From an uncultured Chloroflexia bacterium (GTDB taxonomy: Bacteria > Chloroflexota > Dehalococcoidia > GIF9 > UBA5629): 64,000 nt of DNA. The notes below the pieces were generated by a model. It had not been told where the DNA came from, ran no database searches, and saw nothing but the letters and a program-made list of their open reading frames with translations. Position 1 is the first letter of the stretch; each line of letters opens with the position of its first letter. Below, piece after piece: positions 33,499 to 42,827 of this stretch. Made by a program: the position numbers and the translations under genes. Location of the stretch: NCBI GenBank assembly GCA_963751585.1, contig CAVVVB010000010.1:1456-65455 (forward strand), written 5' to 3'.

Positions 33499-33625
33499 AC
33501 GATGCTGCTAACTTTCTGATAAGTTGACCATTTTTCATCATAATATGTCTTATGGAAAGGAGAGTAAAATGTAAGTGCTCATAACGAAAAGGTCTGCCTT
33601 CCCCTAAAATATAAAGGAGGAGAAA

Positions 33626-34897
33626 ATGAGGCGTCTTTCAATAGCCATATTACTGGCAATAGTCTTGGTAATTTCACTTGTTGTTTCCTGTACTTCAGGG
33701 AAAACATCAACCCCTACCCCTGTCCCAACCCAAACTCAGACCCAAACCCAGACATCTGCTCCGGCAGCCGCTAAGACTTTGAAAATTGGTCTCATTACCA
33801 ACTTAGAATCGCCACTCGACCTCCCCTTTGCACAGGGGTCGCAAGCCATGGCGGATCTAATTAATAAGAACGGCGGCATGGTTATCGGTGGGGACACCTA
33901 TAACATCCAACTGATTGTGTATGACTCGAAGGGCGATGGGGCAACAGCAAAAACCGCCGCACAAAGACTTATTTCCGAAGACAATGTAAAGTTCATACTT
34001 GGTGATGAGACGGCGGATTCCTGGATTCCCCTTACCGAAGCCAGCAAGGTAATCAACATTAACTGCGACGTCACCAACAATATCTTTGACACAAAGAACC
34101 ATTACACCTTCCAGGGAAATGTCGCTAATACGGAAGCGGCGGAACTATGGGGATGGTTTACCCAGAATTATCCGAATCTGAAGACCATGGTCAGTGCCTA
34201 TCCGGATAACGAGATTGGTCACTCCTACGGCGGTCTCGTCAAGAAATCAGCGGCAGCCTTTGGCCTAAATCTGATTGATGAAGAATACTACCCGCCAACG
34301 ACTACCGACTTCAGCAGCCTGGGTGCCAAGGTAAAGAACCTGAACCCGGACTGCTTCCTCGCTCAATACGGGGGTCCGATATCGGATAGTAACGCCTTCA
34401 AAGCTGCCTACGAGGCCGGCTGGAAGGGGCAACAGTTTGCTTCCTCGACGCTACCGACAGATGTTCTAGTGTCCATCGTTCCACCGGAGGCAGTAGAAGG
34501 CATGGTTTGTCTGGCTTGGGCCGATGAAATAGAGCCGCTTGCCGGGGCCGCCAAGGTATTCGTGGATGCCTATACCGCCAAATCCGGGAAATGGGATTGG
34601 CCCGAACTTGTACAATTGAACTCCTGGTACGTTCTTATGGGGGCATTAACACAGGCTAACAGCCTCGATACGGACAAAGTGGCGTCCGTGCTTGCCAGCG
34701 GCATGAAGTACGAGAGCCCCTGTTTTGTTGGCCAAGGCGAGATGGTCAGCCGGCCGGACCTGGGGAATTCACGCACTGTTGATAATATGGGCGGTCTGGC
34801 CATCAAGAAAATAGTGGGTGGTAAGACCCAGATAGTTCATGTCATCAGCCTGGATGAAGCGTACTCCTATAACCAGAAATTCTGGGGCTGGAAATAA
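33626..34897 (+). CDS. Liv-type ABC substrate-binding lipoprotein
   Basis: Lipobox LVVSCTSG, a (TQ)n/Pro linker, KTLKIGLITN, LivK-like fold. Confidence 0.85.
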   Translation: MRRLSIAILLAIVLVISLVVSCTSGKTSTPTPVPTQTQTQTQTSAPAAAKTLKIGLITNLESPLDLPFAQGSQAMADLINKNGGMVIGGDTYNIQLIVYDSKGDGATAKTAAQRLISEDNVKFILGDETADSWIPLTEASKVININCDVTNNIFDTKNHYTFQGNVANTEAAELWGWFTQNYPNLKTMVSAYPDNEIGHSYGGLVKKSAAAFGLNLIDEEYYPPTTTDFSSLGAKVKNLNPDCFLAQYGGPISDSNAFKAAYEAGWKGQQFASSTLPTDVLVSIVPPEAVEGMVCLAWADEIEPLAGAAKVFVDAYTAKSGKWDWPELVQLNSWYVLMGALTQANSLDTDKVASVLASGMKYESPCFVGQGEMVSRPDLGNSRTVDNMGGLAIKKIVGGKTQIVHVISLDEAYSYNQKFWGWK

Positions 34898-35003
34898 AGG
34901 ATAATGTAACCACGTCTGTTTACTGGCAGTAGCGGTCCGTTCTTTATCGGGAAGACACCGCTACTGCCGGTAATTCCACAGCAGAAAAGGCATAGTAACG
35001 TCG

Positions 35004-35879
35004 ATGAGTTTATTTGGCCAGTTAGCCTTTAACGGCTTGGTTATGGGTTTAATTTACGTCATTTTAGCCGCTGGTCTCGTCCTAATCATGAACGTTTCCA
35101 GGATATTCCTTATTGCCTACGGCCAGTTCTATATGATAGGCGGCTATATTGTCTGGGCCGGAGTGACTTTATGGCATCTCCCGTTCTTTATTGCTCTAGT
35201 GATAGCCGTACTAGCTACCGCCATATTGGGACTGCTGAGCTACCGTTTAATCTTCCAGTACGTCCAGTTTGCGAAGAATCAATTTCTGGTAGTTATCGCA
35301 GCTGCCATAGGCCTCATGATGCTTCTCGCCCAGGCTGGATTGATAGTTTTTGGTTCGACGGCACGGGGAGTCCCACCTATAGTCCCGGGCATAACCAGCT
35401 TCGCCGGTATTAGTTTCCCCAATGCCAAACTGGTACTTATCGTGCTAGCCCTTGCCATCACCTTGGCTCTGTTCTGGGTCTATGAGAAGACAAATCTCGG
35501 GCGTGTCATGCGTGCTGTTGCCTTTCTACCGGATGCCGCTTCTCTGCAGGGAATCAATACCCAAAAAATATATTTTATAACCCTGGGAATCGGCAGCGCT
35601 CTTGCCGGCGTCGCCGGGGCGATTATGGCACCAAGCTATTCTCTTAGCCCTGATATGGGCACCAATATCTTTTTGCCGGTGATGTTACTCATGATGTTAG
35701 GAGGGATGGATAGCCTGCTCGGGACAATCCCCAGCGGGCTAGTAGTGGGCTTGACTTTAAGCTTCGGCCAATATTTTATGCATTCTAGCGCGCAGATAAT
35801 TCTTTATTCCGTTATCGGCATCATCATCTTCTTCCGGCCCAACGGGTTGCTCGGGCGCGGCATGAAACTGGGGATATAA
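35004..35879 (+). CDS. HAAT-family ABC permease (LivH-like)
   Basis: About 8 TM helices and LivH-like conserved blocks. Confidence 0.85.
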   Translation: MSLFGQLAFNGLVMGLIYVILAAGLVLIMNVSRIFLIAYGQFYMIGGYIVWAGVTLWHLPFFIALVIAVLATAILGLLSYRLIFQYVQFAKNQFLVVIAAAIGLMMLLAQAGLIVFGSTARGVPPIVPGITSFAGISFPNAKLVLIVLALAITLALFWVYEKTNLGRVMRAVAFLPDAASLQGINTQKIYFITLGIGSALAGVAGAIMAPSYSLSPDMGTNIFLPVMLLMMLGGMDSLLGTIPSGLVVGLTLSFGQYFMHSSAQIILYSVIGIIIFFRPNGLLGRGMKLGI

Positions 35880-36932
35880 GTGACGAAACAGATACTGAAA
35901 ACACTTACAGCGCGCTATAAGCTAATTTTATGGCTCGTTTTAGCTATCATCCTGGTCTTGGCGCCTCTGGTGGTGACCTCTCCATATTATCTCGATATAC
36001 TGATTAAGACAGGCATTAATATTGCCCTGGCGATGACTTTTATCCTCGTGCTGAGAACAGGGCTAATCAATATGAGTATAGCCGCTTTCTGGGGGGCGGG
36101 AGCTTATGCCTCCACCATGCTGGTAATGAGAGCAAACCTGTCCTTCTGGCTTAGTCTGCCCGCGTCTGCCTTGATAGTTGGGGTCATTGCTTTATGCCTC
36201 GGCTTTCTTTTGGTTAGAACTGCCGGCTTTGGTTTTGTCATACTTACCGCGGTAATAGGTATGCTGACACCCGTCATTATTGGCAGTATTGGGGCAGTGG
36301 GCGGCTTCCAAGGTATCGTCGGCATCCCCCCTCCCAACCCTATTCACATTCCCTTCTTAGCCCCGGTAGAATTCGTCTCCAATAGGTCCTTTTACTACCT
36401 CATGCTGTTTTTATTACTATTGGTGATATTATTGTTTTCCGGTCTCTATAAGGCCTGGTCAGGCAGGGCTTGGATGGCCATTGGCCTGAACCCCAATCTG
36501 GCACAATCACTTGGTATCAATATCTTTAAATACAGATTGGCGGTATTTGTGGTGGGCTCCGCGGTCGCTGGGCTAATGGGTAGTTTTTATGCCCACTACG
36601 TGCAGAGCATCACACCTCAAACATTTGACGTTTTTAAGACAATTTATGTACATGTCTACGCTATTTTGGGTGGCCTTGATTTCGCCATTTTGGGACCGGT
36701 ATTAGGCTCGTTTGTGATGACATTCGCCCCTGAGTTGCTGCGCCATACCAGACAGTTTGAGCCACTAATTACCGGCCTAATATTAATACTGATAATATTA
36801 TTCCTGCCTGGAGGAATCTTGAGTCTATCGCGTATACGGCCCGCTTCGAAGCATCTCTCTCAAAGTCTCACCAGTATCGGCAAGGTGATTAAATCCTCGC
36901 TGTCATCCAAGCGAGCTACAAGGAAAGGGTAA
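35880..36932 (+). CDS. HAAT-family ABC permease (LivM-like)
   Basis: LivM-like hydrophobic profile. Start overlaps the upstream stop. Confidence 0.85.
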   Translation: MTKQILKTLTARYKLILWLVLAIILVLAPLVVTSPYYLDILIKTGINIALAMTFILVLRTGLINMSIAAFWGAGAYASTMLVMRANLSFWLSLPASALIVGVIALCLGFLLVRTAGFGFVILTAVIGMLTPVIIGSIGAVGGFQGIVGIPPPNPIHIPFLAPVEFVSNRSFYYLMLFLLLLVILLFSGLYKAWSGRAWMAIGLNPNLAQSLGINIFKYRLAVFVVGSAVAGLMGSFYAHYVQSITPQTFDVFKTIYVHVYAILGGLDFAILGPVLGSFVMTFAPELLRHTRQFEPLITGLILILIILFLPGGILSLSRIRPASKHLSQSLTSIGKVIKSSLSSKRATRKG

Positions 36933-37684
36933 TGCTTAAGGTCGAAAATTTAACCAAAGTTTTCGGTGGGCTTGTTGCCGTTGATGGGGTAAGCCTCGAA
37001 GTCACTGATTCAGAGATATTAGGATTGATAGGTCCGAACGGAGCCGGTAAGAGTACTCTTATCAACCTCATCAGCGCTTTCTACCCTGTTACTAGCGGCA
37101 AAGTGCTCTTTGGAGGACGGGATATAACCCGGCTGAAAGCACACCAGGTAGCCGCGCTAGGCATAGGCCGCACTTTTCAAGCATCAACTCTATTTATGGA
37201 GCTGATCGTTCTTGACAATGTGTTTACCGGGTACCATATGAGCTACCGAACCAATATATTTGGAAGGGTGCTACGCATACCTTCAGCGCTAAGGGAAGAG
37301 GAGACATTGAAACAAAGGACGGTGGAGATACTGGAGTTTATGGGTCTGGGCTCCCTAAGAAACGAACTCGCCAAGAACCTGCCGCACGGTAATCAAAGGA
37401 TTCTCGGTGTCTGCATGGCTTTAGCCATCAATCCTAAATTGCTTCTATTGGACGAACCGTTAACCGGTATGAACCCGATAGAAATACAAACCATGGTAAA
37501 TCTAATCAGACAGATACGTCATAGAGGCATTACCATCGTCCTCATCGAACACAACGTTTCGGCGATTATGGACTTATGTGATAGGATAATAGTATTAAAT
37601 TATGGGAAGAAGCTTGCTGAGGGCTCTCCAAAAGAAATACAGGAAAACGAAGAGGTAATCGATGCCTATCTGGGGAAGGCGTAG
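36932..37684 (+). CDS. HAAT-family ABC ATPase (LivG-like)
   Basis: Walker A GPNGAGKST, LivG-type insertion, LLLDEP. Confidence 0.9.
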   Translation: MLKVENLTKVFGGLVAVDGVSLEVTDSEILGLIGPNGAGKSTLINLISAFYPVTSGKVLFGGRDITRLKAHQVAALGIGRTFQASTLFMELIVLDNVFTGYHMSYRTNIFGRVLRIPSALREEETLKQRTVEILEFMGLGSLRNELAKNLPHGNQRILGVCMALAINPKLLLLDEPLTGMNPIEIQTMVNLIRQIRHRGITIVLIEHNVSAIMDLCDRIIVLNYGKKLAEGSPKEIQENEEVIDAYLGKA

Positions 37685-37693
37685 GAAACACAG

Positions 37694-38407
37694 ATGCTGC
37701 TTGAAATAAAAGATTTGACAGTACACTACGGAGTGGCTGAAGCTTTAAGAGGCATCTCCTTAACGGTTGATGAGGGCTCGGTGGCGACAATTGTCGGAGC
37801 CAACGGGGCTGGCAAGACGACTATCCTGAAAACCATCACCGGTCTGAAAAAGGCGACATCCGGCGAAATATGGTTTCAGGGTAAAAAAATAAACGGTCTA
37901 TCAGTACCCGATGTTGTTAAGCTAGGAATCGCTTATGTACCAGAAGACAAAATGCTTTTCGCCCCCCTAACCGTCTTGGACAACCTGAAACTGGGCGCTT
38001 ATCTCCGTAAAGATAAAGATGGAATAGCTAAAGACCTTGATTCTGTCTACCAGCACTTCCCAATCCTGAAAGAGAAGCGCGGGCAGCTGGCTGGGAATCT
38101 AAGTGGGGGGCAGCAGCAAATGCTGGCCATTGCCAGGGCCTTGATGGCTAGCCCCAAATTACTCTTAATGGACGAGCCGAGCACAGGATTATCACCAATA
38201 TTAGTTGCCGAAGTAGGTAATATCATTAGAGATATTAACCAAGGCGGTATCACGATCATACTAGTTGAGCAAAATGCCCGGATGGCTTTTAAGCTGGCTA
38301 AAAGGGCCTATATCTTACAAGTTGGTAAGATTGTCCTAGAAGGTGATGTCGAGGAATTAGTTAACAATGAGCTTGTGCGGAAGGCTTATCTGGGCGGGAA
38401 AAAATGA
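37694..38407 (+). CDS. HAAT-family ABC ATPase (LivF-like)
   Basis: GANGAGKTT, LSGGQQQMLAIARAL, LLLMDEPS. Confidence 0.9.
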   Translation: MLLEIKDLTVHYGVAEALRGISLTVDEGSVATIVGANGAGKTTILKTITGLKKATSGEIWFQGKKINGLSVPDVVKLGIAYVPEDKMLFAPLTVLDNLKLGAYLRKDKDGIAKDLDSVYQHFPILKEKRGQLAGNLSGGQQQMLAIARALMASPKLLLMDEPSTGLSPILVAEVGNIIRDINQGGITIILVEQNARMAFKLAKRAYILQVGKIVLEGDVEELVNNELVRKAYLGGKK

Positions 38408-38475
38408 ACAGCAAAACAGTCACTTTTTCCTCGATATCCGGAATTTAATAGCAGGGTATAAGGAGTAGTGAACAA

Positions 38476-39231
38476 ATGGAAACGATAGATAGGACATTTA
38501 ATATTCTGGAATTATTCCTTGGCCACCAGGGACCGCTTAGTATTACCGAATTATCCAAATTAAGTGGTTTGAGCCCCGCGGTGACCCATAGGATTGTGAC
38601 CGCCCTACTAAAGAAAGGCTATCTTGTTCAGAAGGAGAAAAGAGGGAAATACTCGCTGGGTTTAAAATTTTTAGACTTCAACTATTTCATCCAGGGGAAT
38701 ATGAAAATCAAAGATATTGCCCACCCACACTTGCTAAAGCTTAGCAAAGAAGCCGATGAAGCTGTTACTATGGGGATTCTTGATGGTAAGGAATTACTGG
38801 TCATCGAGCGGATTGATACTAACCACGACCTGCGCATCGGTGGGGCCATTGGTAAAAGGGCCCCTCTCCACAGCGCCGCTGTTGGCAAGGTATTACTGGC
38901 GCAAATGTCGGCGGCGGAAAGGAATGCAATCATTAATGACAAATCGATTACGGAAAAGTTCACGAAGACTACGATCACGGGAATACGCAGAATGGACAAG
39001 GAGTTAGAATTATTTAGAGCGGAAGGCTGCGCCTATGACCGGGAGGAGATGGCGGTGGGTATCTGGTCCGTGGCGGCGCCGGTTTATGGCGTTACGGGTA
39101 AAATTGAGGCTGGGGTAGCTATTTTAGCTCCCACCGCAAGAGTTACCGAGGAGAAAGCCTTGAGGTGGGCTTCGCTGACTAAGGCATGCGCCGCCAAGAT
39201 ATCCCGCGAGCTGGGCTACAGGGGGAACTAG
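38476..39231 (+). CDS. IclR family transcriptional regulator
   Basis: N-terminal HTH LSITELSKLSGLSPAVTHRIVTALLKKGYL and a C-terminal IclR effector domain. Confidence 0.85.
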   Translation: METIDRTFNILELFLGHQGPLSITELSKLSGLSPAVTHRIVTALLKKGYLVQKEKRGKYSLGLKFLDFNYFIQGNMKIKDIAHPHLLKLSKEADEAVTMGILDGKELLVIERIDTNHDLRIGGAIGKRAPLHSAAVGKVLLAQMSAAERNAIINDKSITEKFTKTTITGIRRMDKELELFRAEGCAYDREEMAVGIWSVAAPVYGVTGKIEAGVAILAPTARVTEEKALRWASLTKACAAKISRELGYRGN

Positions 39232-39309
39232 GGGATTCATTGATTTTAATATCATTTCGAACCAGAGGGATGAAAAATAATAGCATGGAAAACAAAAGGA
39301 GGTCGGTCA

Positions 39310-39995
39310 TGCCGAGCAAAGAATCAGGAGACAAGATCCAGAAATTGGAAGCCAAAATCAGGGAGCTTGAAACCAGGCTCGGGATTCAGGAGGATATCGA
39401 AGATATAAGGCATCTCATGGGGAAATACGAGGTCTGGCACGTTCCGACCAAGGTCACCGAAACGTGGAAGCTCTTTACCATGAAAGAACCGGATGTTTCA
39501 GCGGAGATCGACAATTGGGGCGTTTACGTGGGGCCGGATTCGGTCAGGAAATTATACGAGATAGGCCATGTTGTACCCATTAAGGGTACGATGCACGAGC
39601 ATTACCTGGCCACGTATATCATTCAGGTGGCCAAAGACAGAAAGACGGCGAAGGGTATCTTCTTTTCTCCCGGCCATGAGACCTGGGTACGCGAAGGCGG
39701 GAATATCGCGTCATGGGTCTGGGGCAAGTACGGGTGTGACTTTATCAAGGAAGACGGTGAGTGGAAAATCTGGCATCTGCACTGGTACACGGCCTTCCGG
39801 GCCGACTTTTACAAGAGCTGGCAGGAGGGTTTCAAACTGCCCTTCATGGAGGCGGTGAATGCCGTGGATGCCGGTGAACTGCCGCCGGACAAAGCGACGA
39901 CCTATCACAATCCGTATGCTTTAGATTTTATCCAGAAGGTAGTACCTGACTATCCCGAGCCTTATGACACATGGGATGGCAAGAGCGTGGCGTAA
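39310..39995 (+). CDS. NTF2-like (SnoaL/ketosteroid-isomerase-like) protein with N-terminal coiled coil
   Basis: AAAGGAGG SD before the ATG at 39310. The C-terminus W..WGKYGCDFIKEDGEWKIWHLHWY has an NTF2-fold-like pattern. Assignment is tentative. Confidence 0.45.
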
Positions 39996-40050
39996 GCTGA
40001 TCTCCATGAAGTTAAATAGCGATGCCGCAGATTCGAATCTGAAAAGGACA

Positions 40051-42030
40051 GGGGCTGAAATGGACAAATATCAGTCTGTATTTTCACCCTTTAAGTTCGG
40101 GAATGTCACGGTCAAGAACCGGATTGAGACATCCCCGATGTTAGTCTGTCTGGCCACGCCCGATGGTTTCGTCACCAGGGAGCTCATCGAGTTCCACCAG
40201 TCATTCGCCCGAGGTGGCGCCGGTATCGTTACCGTTGGCGACTCCGCCGTAGATTACGAATATGGTAAGGGACACCACGGGCAGTTAAACCTCGGTGATG
40301 ACAGGGTGATTGGCGGACTAAGCAGTTTGGTAGAAGCCATTCAGAGATACGGGGCCAAGGCCTCAATCGAAATCAACCACGCTGGCAGATGGGCGTCCCC
40401 AAGCGTCTTGAATGGCCGGAATCCCATTGGTCCTTCGCCAATATCGACCGAAGGAGAAGAGGTATCCGCCTGGCGGGAAGGCAGGAGGAAAGCCCAGGTC
40501 ACCGAGATGAACCAGGACATGATTGACCAGGTTATCGATCATTTTGCCAGTGCCTGCTATCGGTGTCTGGTAGCTGGATTCGAGATGGTCATGCTTCACG
40601 GCGGCCACGGGCACCTTTTGAGTCAGTTTGTCTCACCTCACACGAACAAAAGGACGGATAAATACGGAGGCAGCCTGGAAAACAGGGCCAGTTTTGTCAT
40701 CGAGGTTTTAACTGCCATCAGGAAGAAGGTGGGTAACAGACTGACCCTGGAGTATCGCATCAGCGGGGATGAGTTCATCCCCGAAGGAATGCATGAAGAG
40801 GCAACGATTGAATTCATCAAAATGATACAGGATAAGATTGACCTCGTCCATGTGTCATTGGGGGTTATCACTGCCCCGAAATATGGTATCAATCTCACCC
40901 AGCCGACTTACCTGCCCTGTGCCCACAACGTGAGCCGGGCGGAAAAGATAAAGAAAGCGGTGCGTATCCCGGTGACATGCGTCGGCGCGATTATGGACCT
41001 GGAAATAGCCGATAAAATCATTGCCGAAGGAAGAGCTGATATCATCGCCATGGCGCGGGCGCAGGTTGCCGACCCTGAAATCGTCAACAAAACCTACCGC
41101 GGCGAGCTTGACGATATCAGGCCCTGCTTACGTTGCAATATCTGCACTAATCGGGTCAAGGATTTCTTCCCGGTCCGGTGCGCCGTAAACCCGGTCATCG
41201 GCCGGGAGGTCGAGTATGGATATCTTCGGAAGGCAGTAAATAAGAAGAGGGTCATCATTGTCGGCGGCGGGCCGGGGGGTATGGAAGCTGCCCTCATCGC
41301 TTCTTCCCGAGGCCACCAGGTAACGCTGTACGAGAAGGAGAAGGAACTGGGCGGAGCGCTCCGCTTCGCAGCCGCGCCGTCCTTCAAGGCTGACATGAAG
41401 AGATATCTGGACTGGATCATAAAGAAGACCCAGCAAGCTCCTGTGGAAGTCAAACTATCGACCGAGGCCACCGCCACCACCATCAAAAGCCGGAAACCGG
41501 ATGTGCTCATCGTGGCCGTCGGTGCTGCACCGCTGGTGCCGGACATCCCCGGTACCGAAAAGGCCGTCTGGGCGGGCGACGTGGTCATTGGGAAGAAGCC
41601 GACCGGGCCGACTGTGGTCGTGGCCGGGGCGGGGCTGACGGGATGCGAGACCGCGCTGCACCTGGCCCAGCAGGGCAGGAAGGTCACGGTCATTGACATG
41701 ATTACTGAATCGGAAATTGCCGGAGACGCGGCCGCGGCGAGCAAAGTCGCCTTGATGGAATTGCTTCTCCAGCACGGCGTCGAGTTCAGGACGGAGGTCA
41801 AGCTGGAAGAAATCACCGACCGGGGCATCATCGTCACCGACAAGAAGCGGCAGCGGTTTGAAATACCGGCGGATACGACAGTTTTAGCCTTGGGCTTTAA
41901 GCCTCTAAATGAAACAGTGGCGGCACTGAGAGGACTGGCCAGGGAAGTCTATGTTATTGGAGACTGCTCGAGTCCGCGCCATCTGATGGCGGCGGTTCAT
42001 GATGGGTTCAATACCGCCGTGGAAATATAA
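40051..42030 (+). CDS. OYE-family FMN oxidoreductase fused to FAD/NAD(P)-binding domain with a 4Fe-4S motif (enoate reductase or 2,4-dienoyl-CoA reductase-like)
   Basis: The N-terminal TIM barrel has OYE blocks (FKFGNVTVKNRIETSPM, MLHGGHGHLLSQFVSPHTNKRTDKYGGSLENRA). CLRCNICTNRVKDFFPVRC is a Cys cluster. Two GxGxxG dinucleotide sites (VGGGPGGMEAAL and VAGAGLTGCETAL). Start chosen at the M after SD-like AAAAGGACAGGGG. Confidence 0.85.
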   Translation, partial: GAEMDKYQSVFSPFKFGNVTVKNRIETSPMLVCLATPDGFVTRELIEFHQSFARGGAGIVTVGDSAVDYEYGKGHHGQLNLGDDRVIGGLSSLVEAIQRYGAKASIEINHAGRWASPSVLNGRNPIGPSPISTEGEEVSAWREGRRKAQVTEMNQDMIDQVIDHFASACYRCLVAGFEMVMLHGGHGHLLSQFVSPHTNKRTDKYGGSLENRASFVIEVLTAIRKKVGNRLTLEYRISGDEFIPEGMHEEATIEFIKMIQDKIDLVHVSLGVITAPKYGINLTQPTYLPCAHNVSRAEKIKKAVRIPVTCVGAIMDLEIADKIIAEGRADIIAMARAQVADPEIVNKTYRGELDDIRPCLRCNICTNRVKDFFPVRCAVNPVIGREVEYGYLRKAVNKKRVIIVGGGPGGMEAALIASSRGHQVTLYEKEKELGGALRFAAAPSFKADMKRYLDWIIKKTQQAPVEVKLSTEATATTIKSRKPDVLIVAVGAAPLVPDIPGTEKAVWAGDVVIGKKPTGPTVVVAGAGLTGCETALHLAQQGRKVTVIDMITESEIAGDAAAASKVALMELLLQHGVEFRTEVKLEEITDRGIIVTDKKRQRFEIPADTTVLALGFKPLNETVAALRGLAREVYVIGDCSSPRHLMAAVHDGFNTAVEI

Positions 42031-42073
42031 ACAAAAGACATTTTAAGGGAGGCGCTCTAAAATAGATAACAGA

Positions 42074-42820
42074 ATGGTGAACAAGGTTGCCATCGTCACC
42101 GGGGGGAACATCGGCATCGGTCGGGCGATTTCCCTGCGCCTGGCGGCCGAAGGTGCCGATGTGACCATCACCGGCCGGGGTTTTGAGGATTGCCAGAAAG
42201 TGGCTGCCGAGGTCGAAGCCCTGGGCCGCAGGGCGCTGCCCATCAAGATGGACGTGGCGATCTATGCGGACGCCGAAAGGATGGCTAGGGAAACGCTGGA
42301 CAAGTTCGGCAAGATAGATATTTTATGTAATGTTGCCGGCGGGCCGGCCCCGGAGCAGAAGCCCTTTAGCGAAAAATCGCCGGAGGTCTGGACACGCGTC
42401 GTGGCCGTCAATCTTTTCGGTCAGTTCAACTGCACCCGCGTCGTCCTCCCCCACATGATTAAGAGACACTATGGCAAAATCCTTAACATGTCCTCTACCT
42501 CCGGGGTGCTGGGTATGTATAACACCACAGACTATGCCGCTTCCAAGGGCGCCATCATCGCCTTCACTGCTTCGCTGGCCAAAGAGGTCGCCCAGCACAA
42601 TATCAATGTCAACGCTATCTCGCCCGGCACCGTTATGACCCGCGGTCTGCAGATGTTCCCGGAGAGGTGGGAGGAATTCAACAAACTGTCCGGTCTGGGC
42701 CGCGTGGGCACACCCGAAGAAATCGCTGCCCTGGCGGCATATCTCGTTTCGGATGAGGCCGGGTATGTCACTGGGCAGAACTATCTGATATGCGGCCTCT
42801 GGAACCTGGGGATGGGGTAG
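42074..42820 (+). CDS. SDR family oxidoreductase (FabG-like)
   Basis: KVAIVTGGNIGIGRAIS, NVAG, YAASKGA catalytic motif. Confidence 0.85.
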   Translation: MVNKVAIVTGGNIGIGRAISLRLAAEGADVTITGRGFEDCQKVAAEVEALGRRALPIKMDVAIYADAERMARETLDKFGKIDILCNVAGGPAPEQKPFSEKSPEVWTRVVAVNLFGQFNCTRVVLPHMIKRHYGKILNMSSTSGVLGMYNTTDYAASKGAIIAFTASLAKEVAQHNINVNAISPGTVMTRGLQMFPERWEEFNKLSGLGRVGTPEEIAALAAYLVSDEAGYVTGQNYLICGLWNLGMG

Positions 42821-42827
42821 CACGGCC

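Noticed and set aside
40363-41843. Long antisense ORFs (e.g. 41094-41843 minus, 48865-49989 minus) overlapping the OYE-FAD and AOR genes
   Set aside because: They have low-complexity Ala/Ser/Pro-rich translations typical of the antisense strand of GC-rich coding DNA. The sense-strand genes have clear conserved domains.
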